Positions 8,561 through 18,548 of a DNA stretch of 64,000 bases are shown here, piece by piece. The position numbers were made by a program, and so were the translations under genes. Numbering within the stretch: the first letter of the stretch is position 1; every line of letters begins with the position of its first letter. A model generated the notes under the pieces. The model saw only the letters and a program-made list of their open reading frames with translations, made no database searches and had not been told where the DNA came from. The stretch spans positions 864,001 to 928,000 of the forward strand of contig OZ240248.1 of the NCBI GenBank assembly GCA_965198235.1, given 5' to 3'. Source of the stretch: Candidatus Poribacteria bacterium. Lineage in GTDB: Bacteria > Poribacteria > WGA-4E > WGA-3G.

Positions 8561-11500
8561 TTAGTCAACGACCAGCACTTTGCCGACAATGTTCGCGCGA
8601 TTTCCCGCTGCATTGACGGCTTCCAATCGGAAGACATAGAGTCCTCGTGCGACAGAGGTGCCCACTTGATTCTCCAAATTCCACTTCACAAACTGATCAT
8701 TGCGCTGTCCTGATACAACATCCGGATACGTTTGGGAGAGGACCATGTCACCACTCCAATCATAGATACTCAGTGTGAGTTCAATCGTCTCTCCACGTGG
8801 CACATTGACATCAAAGGAGAAGAAGGCAACATCCCGTTTTGAAAGTCGGAGTGGGTTTGGCCATCCAAAGGTCGTGCCCCGGAAGGTGAGAGACACAGAC
8901 ATAGTATACTTGCCAATGTCGTAAACCTCGTAGTTCCCCGCATTGTCAGTGACCCGGACATCTAAGTCGAATTCACCGGAACGTGTTGGCAGGAAGTCAA
9001 TGGACCAGACGCTCCACGGTTCCTGTTCTGCATCGCTATCATCAACAGCAGCAACAGGCTCTATGGGTTGTTTGTCGGGTCCAGTACCGACGATCTCAAC
9101 GATCCACACGCCAGAGGCTGGAACTGGAATTTCGCCTTCACCGATCCGCTGCGTGCCACTTGGGTCGGAGGCTGTACCTTCTAATGGCAGCGCTTTATCG
9201 GTGAGCTCGGTTTCACCACCATCACTCGTTATAGCGGCAGTCGGCACGGTAGTTTCATACAGAAATTCGGTGGTCAGCGAATCAGTCGGCGCGAATCCGA
9301 GGAGTTCGGAGTCATTCCCGATGCTCATAACCGTGACGTTATAAACACCTTGGATTCTAAGTCCATCGGATTTGAAAATGAGAGTGTCCACGCCATTCTG
9401 CTGCGTACTACCAGAAATCTCCGATCCATCGGGACTGCTCACAATAATTTTCGATTGCGCCAAGTTGACCCCCAAGCCTGTGTCAAAGATATTTGCTTGG
9501 ATGACAACACCGCCGGTTGTCGAAACTGCAGTCGGATAATTTTCCGCATTGATGTCAACAAGGAGTGGTGCATCATTGATAAGTAACGTGCTCGGATCAA
9601 TCATCGGCGGACTGGTATCGTAGACGAAGACTTTTTCATAAGGTTCATCGTCGTTGCCTGCCCGGTCTTTCGGGTTAAGGGTAATCCGATATTCACCATC
9701 TGCGGAACCATTGTCTGCAAGTGGAACAGTAAGCCGGAAAGTGAGGTTGTCTTCTCCATCATCAGATACTCGTCCCGAAATCTTGGTTGGATTCGGTGAG
9801 AGGCGTTCAAAGGTTAACCATTTCTCATCAAGGTTTTTCCAATCAATTCCAGACGTTTCATCGGTAAGAGTGACGTGAATCTCTGTCAAAGAGTTATTAA
9901 CCTCAGGCTGTGCAACAACGAGGCTAATCGCTTCATCAGGCTCAATTTCCGGTGCCTGTGTGTCGTAGGTGAAGGTTAATCGTTGAACTTCACCGCTCCG
10001 TCCGGAAGCACTGATTGGAGTAAACTCAATGGTATAGACACCATCTTCGGACCCGTCGGTAGAGAGTGGGCGGACGAGGTTATAGATTAACCGATCATTT
10101 GCTCGCTGCAGTTGTCCTGCGACAACCTGAGTGGTGGAATTTAGTAAACGAAGTGTTGACAAGTGATTTTCGTCATCCGTTTCGAGCGTTACTTCTATCC
10201 GTTCAAGCTCTTCATTCGTAAACGCTTCATCCACTGGTGCTGTAATTGGTTCTGTTGAAACGATGGCAGGTAAGCGCCTTGACAAGATAAAACTCCGCCT
10301 AAAGTCGGTGGCGTCTCCGTTGCCTGCGCGGTCAACGGCTTGCACACGGATGATATATCGACCATCTTCAACAAGCTGACTGGTAGTGAGGGTTAACTCC
10401 GTCTCGCCGTCACTGACGAGCTCGCCTGATATTTCAGTGCCATTCGGATCAATCAGTGTCACCGTAGTCACCGCCCAGTCAATAGCACTACCGCCTTCAT
10501 CGTTGAGCTTCACCTGTATCTGTGTAACATCCTCTGTAAGTAGGGCACCATCAGCTGGCGCAGTACTAACCAATGTAGGTGCTTGCGTATCATAGACAAT
10601 CAAGTGTTCGACCGTGTACAGATTTCTCGCCTTATCTGCCAACTCAATAAGGACCGTGTATTCCCCATCCATACTGCCATCAAGCGGTAAGGGTTGGTCC
10701 AATGTGAGAAAGAGTTGGTTTTCAGTATCGTTAGTAAGTTGTGTCGGAACTAAACCACCACTCGCATCACGGAGGGTGACTTTTTGATCCGACAACTCGA
10801 GGTCTGCGGGACCGATATCGGCGATAGTGAAGCTGAGTTGTGTTAAACCCTGGCTGATATAGGAAACGGGCTGACTTAAGTTAATCGGGCTAGCCGCTAT
10901 TATCTCTGGCTCTTGTGTGTCATAAATAAATTCACGATAAACTGTACTTCCCTGTCGCCCCGCTTTATCAACAGGTGCGATGTATACACTGTATCTTCCA
11001 TCCGTGGTTCCATCTGATGTAAGCGTTATCGGTTCCCAAACGATTAGGTTCTCTCCATCGGAACCTGTTGCTCCGGGGACGACCGTGTCAGCAGAATCGA
11101 CCACGGTGATATCCGATCCTTCACTACCGAAAGATAATCCTGTCTCTGTCGGGTCAAGAAGGAATGCTCCAATAATCATATTGTCTGCGTTGACATAAAC
11201 AACATCACTACTCGCCTCTGTTTCTATCCCGCCAATAACAACAGAACTAACACGCGGCAGAGGGATATCCAAAATGAATCTATAATCAGCCGCACCTGCT
11301 GCGGCATTTCCAGCTACATCTCGCGGTGTAACAGACAAGATATACGAACCGATCTGTTCCAAATCTAAGAAACTGAGGGTCATCTGAGATACGCCATCAT
11401 CCTCTAACGTGAGCGGAATTGAGGGTGCAGTGGATTCATCGGACGCACTTGATAATTCAGGACCCATCAACGTAATCTGGGTATTGGCAAAATCAATGTA

Positions 11501-14500
11501 AGTCGCCTCTTCAAACTGAATGGTTATACTGTTTATAGGTTCCACGATCTCGGCAATCCGATTCGGGACAAGCTCCACCGGTGGGTCGGTATTAACCATG
11601 ACCGAGCCTAACTGAGGTGCTTTGGAATCATAAACGACGGTGTATTCCGAATCCGAACGATTCCCCGCTTTGTCAACGAGCGATATTTTTACTGTATATT
11701 CACCATCTGCACTTCCATCCCGAGGTAGCGAGGCAGGAAGTGCCAAATAGAGTTGATTCGTTAACTCGTCATACGTCACAGCGACTGGAATATTAGCACC
11801 AGATGCATCCAGTACTTCAATGGTTTGTTCCTCCAAATATAAATCAGCTGGACCTACATCTTCAACAGTAAACGCAAATTGGAACTGTCTTAAAGCATTA
11901 CCGATATAAGTAACAGGTCGTTGGTTGAACACTAACGGTGTCGGTGCGGTGATGCGGGGACTCTCAGTATCCAGAAGAAATGCGTATTGCACGGCACCTT
12001 GTGCAGTATTACCAGCAACATCTCGAGGTGTTATCGACAACGTATATGAACCGTCTTCCATCAATTCAACAAAACGAATAGTGAGTTGTGTGAAACTATC
12101 AACAGATATATTGCTTGAAATCGACAACCCTCCCGGACCAGTTAACTCAACCACGGTATTAGTAAAGTCAACTCGTGTCGCATCCTCAAATTGAAGGGTG
12201 ATACTGCTTACAGTCTCGGAAATCATCTTAATCAGCTGCGGTTCAAGCACTATTGGAGGCTCAGTATTCAATATCACAGAAGAAAGCTGCGGGACTTTGG
12301 AATCATAAACAACAGTGTATTCCGAATCCAAACGATTCCCCGCTTTGTCGACAAGCGATATTCTTATCGTATATTCTCCATCCGAACTCCCATCTTGGGC
12401 GAATGGAGACACAATCGTCAGATAAAGCTGACTCGTTAATTCATTATACGTTAGAGCAGCAGGAACAGTATTGCCAGAAGCGTCTAATAATTCAACAGTC
12501 TGTTCCTCGAAAAATAGATCCGCGGGACCTACATCTTCAATAGTAAACACAAACTGTCTAAAATCTCCGCCGATATAAGAGACAGGTTCACTCAATGTTA
12601 GCGGAGACGATGCCGTTATCCGAGGACTCTCAGTATCCAGAAGAAATGCGTATCGCACGGCACCTCGTGCGGTGTTACCAGCGATATCCTGAGGTGTTAT
12701 CGACAGTGTATATGAACCATCTTCTATCAATTCAACAAAACGGATGGCGAGTTGCGTGGAACTATAGGCAGATACATTGCTCGAAATCGACGACCCTTCC
12801 GAACCAGTTAACGCAACCACGGTATTAGCAAAATCAATATCATTACTGGGCACCTGCAAACCTTGTTCGGAGTCTTCCAGCGTGCCCTCAAAAGTCACGA
12901 TGATTTGCGAAAAACTTTCGGTAATCGTTGTTATGTTATCCACGGAAAGTTCTGGTTTGGATTCGATTGCCACGTGTACGCTTTCAATTTCCGGAACTTG
13001 CGTGTCTAAAACGAACGAGAACTGCCGTGTAAAGATTTTTCCAGTAAAATCGACAAACCTCGCAATTACGGTGTATTCCCCATCCGCGCTTCCATCAGGT
13101 GGGACAGACGCTTCAGTGCTCCAGGTTAATGCGTTATTTACTGCATCGTGTTCAAGCTCTCCTTGCGGGATCAGAACACCTTGGGCATCTTCGACTGTCA
13201 CCGTTGACGCATCAAAATCGATACCCGCACCAACATAATCAATTAATTCCACAACAATTGCCGACAAACTGTTGACCGTTGTCGTTTCTGGCATCGTTAA
13301 TCGGATTTCGGGTTCATGCTTCTGACTGACGAGGTAGAATTCTCGCACAACAGCAACACCCGTGTTGCCCGCACGATCGGTAGGGGTCACTTCAATTGCG
13401 TAGGTGCCATCGTCTGAACCGTCTAATGCAATCGGTTTTGCGAGTGTAAGTGTAGCTGTATCTATGCCGTTACTTGTAACATTCACAGGTACATTTACTT
13501 GCGCTCCACCGCCACCAGTTGCTCCGTTGTCTCCACCTCCTTGATCTCCATTTCCATCAGGTGTTCCTCCGCCTCCACCTGCTGTTTCATCAAAACGAGT
13601 CAAGCGGAAGGTACTCTGAACAAAATCGATGCCGCTGGTTACCTCAGCGAGCTTTACCTGAACCTGTGATAACGCTGGGACGGTTTCATTGGAGGCTGGC
13701 GTTGTAGAAATAAGCGTCGGAAGCTGCGTATCGTAGATAAGTTGATAAATGTAAGTCTTGGTATTGCCGGCGGTATCTGTTGCCTGAATATTAAGTGTAT
13801 AGCGGCCATCCTGGCTTCCATCCCGGCTCACGATTGGCGCATTTAATACATAAGTTAATGTCTCATTATCGCTATCTGCCAATACGCGCCCTTCACGGAC
13901 ATTCAAGCCCTCACCGGATTCCTTCGGCGTACCAAACACAATACGAGTAGATTGCCGCCTGCCGGTAGTAAGGTTAACCCCTATCCCAGTATCTTCAAAG
14001 GTGGCGACAAATCCTCTGATTGGGAGATTATAATAAACCGTATCGTCAACGAAGTTAAACGGCTCCCCGCTTTGCAATGGTCTTAACGAAACAAGTCTCG
14101 GCGCAAGGTTGTCATAAAGAAACGGCACCTGAACCTCTTCAGTCTTGTTACCTGCCTTATCAACCGCCATAACTTCAATGGTATATTCACCATCTTGGGA
14201 ATCGTCTCTGCCTAACAACGGCGTTAGGAGATTCCACCGGATTTTATCACTTTCAGAATCCTCTGTTTGTTCTCCAGGTATAGTAGTAGTACTATCGGGT
14301 CCAATGAGACGGATTTTGGAGGCAAAGAGATCTATACCGTCTTCAAGGTTATCTGTGAGTACGGCTTCAACATAATTGAGGCGTTGACTCACACCAGCAC
14401 CGGGAATGAGTCCGCCTCTGTTGGTGGAGACTCTTTTCAAACTGGGCTTGACGTTATCAAAGGTAAATTCCGTTATGCTTTGTATGACATTACCGGCTTC

Positions 14501-15349
14501 GTCTATTAGGATGATAATTAGGGTGTATTTTCCATTTTCAGAAGGGCTGTCTAAGGGATTTCCTAAAGTAAAAATTAGGTTCGTACCATCGTCAGTGAGG
14601 TTCCCACGCACCACAACCTGCTGTTCATTTCTCAAGAAAACAGTTATTCGCCTGTTGCCGAGATCAATATCACCGTTATCTGCACCTGTTACTATAATTG
14701 ATCGGAGTGGCTCCTTGATAAAACTTCCGTCGGTAATCGAGGGACCTTCTTCTTCGTTCACACGGACACCGGAAACGCGCGGGGCACTCGCATCCAGAGT
14801 TACTGTTGCCTTCAAGGCATCAGCTTCATCATCATCAACAACAACGCGGATCGTATAATCCCCATCTGGAAGCCGTGTGTCGTTAATGCGTCCATCCCAA
14901 AAGAGGCTCACAGTCTGGTTTGCTGACACAGTGCCTTCGCCAATGACCCCTCGCTTCTCGTCGTCGTCCTCCACCACCGTAACTCTATATGGATCCCCAT
15001 CGGCTTCGTCATCAACAGTGAAGGTAATAAGCAACCTATCTATGCCGCCTCTAAAAATCGCGTCCCCACCTGCATCAACTGTCAGACCGGTCAGTCCCGC
15101 CCAACCGGTGGTGGGTATTGTCAGGATTGCAAAACAGACAAAAATCTGAAAAAAGAGAAAATTCGCTTTTTTAATTGATTGCTTCTGGGCTGCCTTCCCT
15201 ACATACATGCCGCCCCGCTGGGGCTGAATCGGTGCTACGCACTTTTTGTTACGCGTTTCAGACAGGTTTTTGGTTAATTCGGTACTGGGATTAGGGACCG
15301 ATTGGCTTTTACAAGCTGCGCCGTATATATATTTATTTTTTTTTGACAC
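8561..15349 (-). CDS. Giant secreted Ig-like repeat protein (2262 aa) with FlgD-like and T9SS-type-A-like C-terminal domain
   Basis: Many DGSxDGxYT...DxAGN...YDTxxP repeats; N-terminal WDGR..LPDGDYT module; C-terminal WPNP...SIYDWSG...WNLENQVG..VARGLYVFRL...GKVLVV. Confidence 0.85.
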   Translation of the reverse strand: MSKKNKYIYGAACKSQSVPNPSTELTKNLSETRNKKCVAPIQPQRGGMYVGKAAQKQSIKKANFLFFQIFVCFAILTIPTTGWAGLTGLTVDAGGDAIFRGGIDRLLITFTVDDEADGDPYRVTVVEDDDEKRGVIGEGTVSANQTVSLFWDGRINDTRLPDGDYTIRVVVDDDEADALKATVTLDASAPRVSGVRVNEEEGPSITDGSFIKEPLRSIIVTGADNGDIDLGNRRITVFLRNEQQVVVRGNLTDDGTNLIFTLGNPLDSPSENGKYTLIIILIDEAGNVIQSITEFTFDNVKPSLKRVSTNRGGLIPGAGVSQRLNYVEAVLTDNLEDGIDLFASKIRLIGPDSTTTIPGEQTEDSESDKIRWNLLTPLLGRDDSQDGEYTIEVMAVDKAGNKTEEVQVPFLYDNLAPRLVSLRPLQSGEPFNFVDDTVYYNLPIRGFVATFEDTGIGVNLTTGRRQSTRIVFGTPKESGEGLNVREGRVLADSDNETLTYVLNAPIVSRDGSQDGRYTLNIQATDTAGNTKTYIYQLIYDTQLPTLISTTPASNETVPALSQVQVKLAEVTSGIDFVQSTFRLTRFDETAGGGGGTPDGNGDQGGGDNGATGGGGAQVNVPVNVTSNGIDTATLTLAKPIALDGSDDGTYAIEVTPTDRAGNTGVAVVREFYLVSQKHEPEIRLTMPETTTVNSLSAIVVELIDYVGAGIDFDASTVTVEDAQGVLIPQGELEHDAVNNALTWSTEASVPPDGSADGEYTVIARFVDFTGKIFTRQFSFVLDTQVPEIESVHVAIESKPELSVDNITTITESFSQIIVTFEGTLEDSEQGLQVPSNDIDFANTVVALTGSEGSSISSNVSAYSSTQLAIRFVELIEDGSYTLSITPQDIAGNTARGAVRYAFLLDTESPRITASSPLTLSEPVSYIGGDFRQFVFTIEDVGPADLFFEEQTVELLDASGNTVPAALTYNELTSQLYLTIVSPFAQDGSSDGEYTIRISLVDKAGNRLDSEYTVVYDSKVPQLSSVILNTEPPIVLEPQLIKMISETVSSITLQFEDATRVDFTNTVVELTGPGGLSISSNISVDSFTQLTIRFVELMEDGSYTLSITPRDVAGNTAQGAVQYAFLLDTESPRITAPTPLVFNQRPVTYIGNALRQFQFAFTVEDVGPADLYLEEQTIEVLDASGANIPVAVTYDELTNQLYLALPASLPRDGSADGEYTVKISLVDKAGNRSDSEYTVVYDSKAPQLGSVMVNTDPPVELVPNRIAEIVEPINSITIQFEEATYIDFANTQITLMGPELSSASDESTAPSIPLTLEDDGVSQMTLSFLDLEQIGSYILSVTPRDVAGNAAAGAADYRFILDIPLPRVSSVVIGGIETEASSDVVYVNADNMIIGAFLLDPTETGLSFGSEGSDITVVDSADTVVPGATGSDGENLIVWEPITLTSDGTTDGRYSVYIAPVDKAGRQGSTVYREFIYDTQEPEIIAASPINLSQPVSYISQGLTQLSFTIADIGPADLELSDQKVTLRDASGGLVPTQLTNDTENQLFLTLDQPLPLDGSMDGEYTVLIELADKARNLYTVEHLIVYDTQAPTLVSTAPADGALLTEDVTQIQVKLNDEGGSAIDWAVTTVTLIDPNGTEISGELVSDGETELTLTTSQLVEDGRYIIRVQAVDRAGNGDATDFRRSFILSRRLPAIVSTEPITAPVDEAFTNEELERIEVTLETDDENHLSTLRLLNSTTQVVAGQLQRANDRLIYNLVRPLSTDGSEDGVYTIEFTPISASGRSGEVQRLTFTYDTQAPEIEPDEAISLVVAQPEVNNSLTEIHVTLTDETSGIDWKNLDEKWLTFERLSPNPTKISGRVSDDGEDNLTFRLTVPLADNGSADGEYRITLNPKDRAGNDDEPYEKVFVYDTSPPMIDPSTLLINDAPLLVDINAENYPTAVSTTGGVVIQANIFDTGLGVNLAQSKIIVSSPDGSEISGSTQQNGVDTLIFKSDGLRIQGVYNVTVMSIGNDSELLGFAPTDSLTTEFLYETTVPTAAITSDGGETELTDKALPLEGTASDPSGTQRIGEGEIPVPASGVWIVEIVGTGPDKQPIEPVAAVDDSDAEQEPWSVWSIDFLPTRSGEFDLDVRVTDNAGNYEVYDIGKYTMSVSLTFRGTTFGWPNPLRLSKRDVAFFSFDVNVPRGETIELTLSIYDWSGDMVLSQTYPDVVSGQRNDQFVKWNLENQVGTSVARGLYVFRLEAVNAAGNRANIVGKVLVVD

Positions 15350-15445
15350 TCGTTTCTCCCTGCTTGTCGCGAGTCCGAAGATACTAAATTTCGGTGATTC
15401 GCGTTAATGCACAAGTTTCCGGACAGGTCCCGTGCCCTGCTTTTA

Positions 15446-15523
15446 CAGTTGCCAGTTATTAGTTAAAGAGGACGCTGGTTCAACAGGATCATCTCCTAAC
15501 TGACCCCTGTTAACTGATAACTA
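15446..15523. repeat. Family C heptamer-flanked inverted repeat element
   Basis: cagttgccagttattagttaaagag...ctcctaactgacccctgttaactgataact; relatives at 7158, 26235, 40146 and 60025. Confidence 0.7.
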
Positions 15524-15719
15524 TTTTGTATCTATTGACTGCTTCCGATTATTTGATTTCACGTGCTTGGGGAACAGACGTTTTAAGAATCCCCTTTATT
15601 TTCATTAGACGCAGAAATTTCAATTAGGTTGATAAAATAATAGAAACACCAGAGGAACATAACACTGCTACAATGCGCGGTTGGCTGTAAACCGCGCCTG
15701 CAGCTTGTAAAAATAAATC

Positions 15720-16727
15720 CTAACCAATGTCCCCGTTGGCAACCATGGTTAGCAACGCTGAATCGTCCACTGTCAGCGGCAAATTAATCTTTGCACGCTG
15801 TCGGCTCGACTGATACGTTGCAAAAATGAGTTCAGTTGCCTGAAGTGCCTTGCGACCGCTGAGTTCCGGCTCACGTCCCGTCTTTACACCGTGAATAAGA
15901 TCGAGTATAGAGAGCGTCGTTGCGTCGCGTTCGGCGACCAAGCCACTCAAATCGGGTTCTTCCCACCCCTCTCCGCCCTCACGGAGCATCCGCAACTGTG
16001 CCCCGCCACCGCCGACATCAATGATGCCTTTCGTACCGATGAGACGATTGGCGAAACCTCCTAAAGACGTACCACCCGTCGCGAGCAGACCTTCAACACC
16101 ATTTTTCCAGCGAATCCATGAGACCCCACTGGTTTCAACCTGAACACCGAAGACAGTCTGTTCTTCTGCTACATCTATTTGACCGATAACCCAGTCAACA
16201 GGTTCGTCATTATTGTAGAAAAAGAACATATCGAACCAGTGCGTTCCCCAGTCAAGCAAGTTCGAGCACGCGGCTTCAAGTCGACGCAACTCACCGATTG
16301 CGCCTTCATTTGCCAAGCGTTTCGCCTTGACGAACTGTGCACCGAAACGGCGTTGATGACAGAACGTTATCACTACATTGTTATCAACGCACGCTTGATA
16401 GAGTTCTTTGGCATCGCCCCAAGTGGGTGCCATCGGTTTCTCACAATGGATGGCTCTAATCCCACTATTGGCGGCGGCGATTACCATGTCCTTATGGAGT
16501 TCAATCCAAGTGCAGACGCTGACGAAATCAAGGGATTCTGTATCCAGCATCTCTTGATAACTTTCATAGGTGTTCGGCACCTTAAACTCCTCAGCGAAGG
16601 CGTTTCGGGCATCTTCAACCGGATCAGAACAGGCGACGATGTCCACATCTGTGGAGACCTGATACCCGCGTGCATGCGAGCGTCCACGTCCGCCACAACC
16701 GATAACTCCTGCTTTAAAAGTTGACAT
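15720..16727 (-). CDS. Gfo/Idh/MocA family oxidoreductase
   Basis: GVIGCGGRG, CEKPMA, HQRRF, DWGTHWFD. Confidence 0.92.
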   Translation of the reverse strand: MSTFKAGVIGCGGRGRSHARGYQVSTDVDIVACSDPVEDARNAFAEEFKVPNTYESYQEMLDTESLDFVSVCTWIELHKDMVIAAANSGIRAIHCEKPMAPTWGDAKELYQACVDNNVVITFCHQRRFGAQFVKAKRLANEGAIGELRRLEAACSNLLDWGTHWFDMFFFYNNDEPVDWVIGQIDVAEEQTVFGVQVETSGVSWIRWKNGVEGLLATGGTSLGGFANRLIGTKGIIDVGGGGAQLRMLREGGEGWEEPDLSGLVAERDATTLSILDLIHGVKTGREPELSGRKALQATELIFATYQSSRQRAKINLPLTVDDSALLTMVANGDIG

Positions 16728-16775
16728 ATAAATCTTCCTTTCATCGCGATCGCGAGATCGCTCCTACCGATGCGT

Positions 16776-17741
16776 TTAGGTTAATTGATTTACGAGTGTG
16801 TCCTCTAAGTGGATACCGTTAGCGAGGTGTACTCCCCTCTGACGGTACGCGCGTTCGCCGGGGATAAGGATTTCTGCAACCCCTGCTTCTCGTCGATTCG
16901 CTTTGACGCGCGCAATAAGGGTATCGACTTCCGTCTTGAACTGTGTCAATGGAACAAAACTTGTCGGGTCTATCGCAACGATGAGTAAGCCGTAGTTTTT
17001 ACCCGGAGGCGGGATTGTCGCGGCGTTGACCAAGGCACCAGCAAGGATTTGTGTGATGAGCGCAAGTCCAAACCCTTTATGTCCACCGAACGGACGAACA
17101 CTCCCTTTCAACGCTGCATCAGCATCTGTGGTTGGTTCACCCTCCGGTCCAAAGGCGATCCCTTCAGCAATTGGAATGCCCTCCTGCATGGCGACGAGCA
17201 GATCCCCATTGGTAATCGCAGCAGTAGACATATCAAAGAGGAGTGGGACTGTGTTGGATGGGATTCCAACAGCGATTGGATTGGTACCTAAAATGGCTTC
17301 GGTTCCGCCTTCGGGGGTAATTCGGGGCAGACAGTCAACAAAGAGCAGTCCAATGACATCCGCCTTTCGCGCCATATCGACATAGTATCCCGCCATGCCA
17401 CAATGCGATGTGTTGTAAACACCGACGATGCTTGCACCGCCCTGTTTTGCGCGTTCAATGGCGAGCTCCATTGCACGATAAGCGACGAGGTAACCGGGTT
17501 GATTGCCACCATCAATCCGCACGCACGGTCCTTTCTCCTCGTCAATCCGTATGTCAGTCCGTTCACCCTGTTCATAGCGGCTTTTAATTCCGGGCAATCG
17601 GATAAAGCCGTGCGTTTTTCGCCCGCGGAGTTCTGCTTCCAATAGAATATCTGCAATAATAGCCGCATCCGTTGGTGCCATGCCGCTTCTTGCTAAAAAA
17701 GTTTCTGCGAGCTGCCGCGCATTAGCAATGGAAATATGCAC
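16776..17741 (-). CDS. Ldh_2 family (type 2 malate/L-lactate/sulfolactate) oxidoreductase
   Basis: AELRGRKTHG, SHCG, GTNPIA, FDMST, GGHKGFGL, IPGE. Confidence 0.92.
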   Translation of the reverse strand: MHISIANARQLAETFLARSGMAPTDAAIIADILLEAELRGRKTHGFIRLPGIKSRYEQGERTDIRIDEEKGPCVRIDGGNQPGYLVAYRAMELAIERAKQGGASIVGVYNTSHCGMAGYYVDMARKADVIGLLFVDCLPRITPEGGTEAILGTNPIAVGIPSNTVPLLFDMSTAAITNGDLLVAMQEGIPIAEGIAFGPEGEPTTDADAALKGSVRPFGGHKGFGLALITQILAGALVNAATIPPPGKNYGLLIVAIDPTSFVPLTQFKTEVDTLIARVKANRREAGVAEILIPGERAYRQRGVHLANGIHLEDTLVNQLT

Positions 17742-17772
17742 GTTGTCGCTCCATCCTTATATAAATTGCTTA

Positions 17773-17801
17773 TTGACTTCTATTTTTGGGTTTGCTATAC
17801 T
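17773..17801 (+). promoter_or_regulatory. Sigma70-type promoter
   Basis: TTGACT-17 bp-TATACT with TG extension. Confidence 0.55.
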
Positions 17802-17828
17802 GTAGCGCAAATCTGGTTCAAATTCAAG

Positions 17829-18007
17829 TTTTTAAATGATTAACACCTGGGCACCGCTCCATTTCATTACGCGGTGGTTTCCGATCTGTTCAACCGGTGA
17901 CTTGAAATTAACCGAAAACCATCGTGAAACGAAATTATGCCTTAAATGGCATAATTTGTCTTTGCTTTACATTTGGAACGATGCGCGGAGGCCAATCATT
18001 TAAAAAA
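17829..18007. repeat. Family A repeat with nested hairpin insert
   Basis: About the first 55 bp are the reverse complement of 46915-46970 with one mismatch; contains aaattatgcc-ttaaat-ggcataattt. Confidence 0.88.
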
Positions 18008-18038
18008 TCGCGCAGAAACACCCAAGGAGGGGCTACAG

Positions 18039-18434
18039 ATGGCGAATCAAAAACACGACCTGGTTGAATACCCCATCCAGGATAACGTCCGGTTAGAATC
18101 ATACTGGCGTGACGATGCCGGTGGACGCGGTCCTGCGGCATCGTTATATGTTTACGACGATGAGATTATGCGTTTCGACTGCTTCGGCGGTGATAATGGA
18201 CACTGCCACTTCAATTTACGACAGACACGCGGTAGACGGTGGATGTACCCGGAAGGCTCTTTCCAAGACCACATTCAGCAGAGCCTGTTCGATCTCCGTG
18301 CAAATCTGAACTTCTGTCTCCAAACCCATCAAGATGAAAGGGTTCAAGAGGTACAAGTAGAGCAGGCGAGCTTAGAACAGGCAACCCACCAAATGGAAGC
18401 ACACTTGTTAGTACTTGCTGACAAACTGCAGTAG
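18039..18434 (+). CDS. Hypothetical protein
   Basis: RBS aaggagg; RFDCFG..GHCH motif could bind metal. Confidence 0.7.
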   Translation: MANQKHDLVEYPIQDNVRLESYWRDDAGGRGPAASLYVYDDEIMRFDCFGGDNGHCHFNLRQTRGRRWMYPEGSFQDHIQQSLFDLRANLNFCLQTHQDERVQEVQVEQASLEQATHQMEAHLLVLADKLQ

Positions 18435-18548
18435 AATATCGGGTGAAAAATGCAAGCAGCAAGCCAACAACGGAGGCTTGCGGAACTTATGTTAAAACCG
18501 CGGTTAAACCAATTCCGTTGTTTCTCGCTTGGCGCAAGGACAGAAAAC

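Noticed and set aside
8943-15149. Numerous plus-strand ORFs inside the giant gene, and similar antisense ORFs across the window
   Set aside because: They are shadows of well-supported opposite-strand genes, with no RBS or recognisable motifs
15355-15445. Structured leader upstream of the giant gene as a riboswitch
   Set aside because: A hairpin is possible, but I cannot match it to any known aptamer consensus
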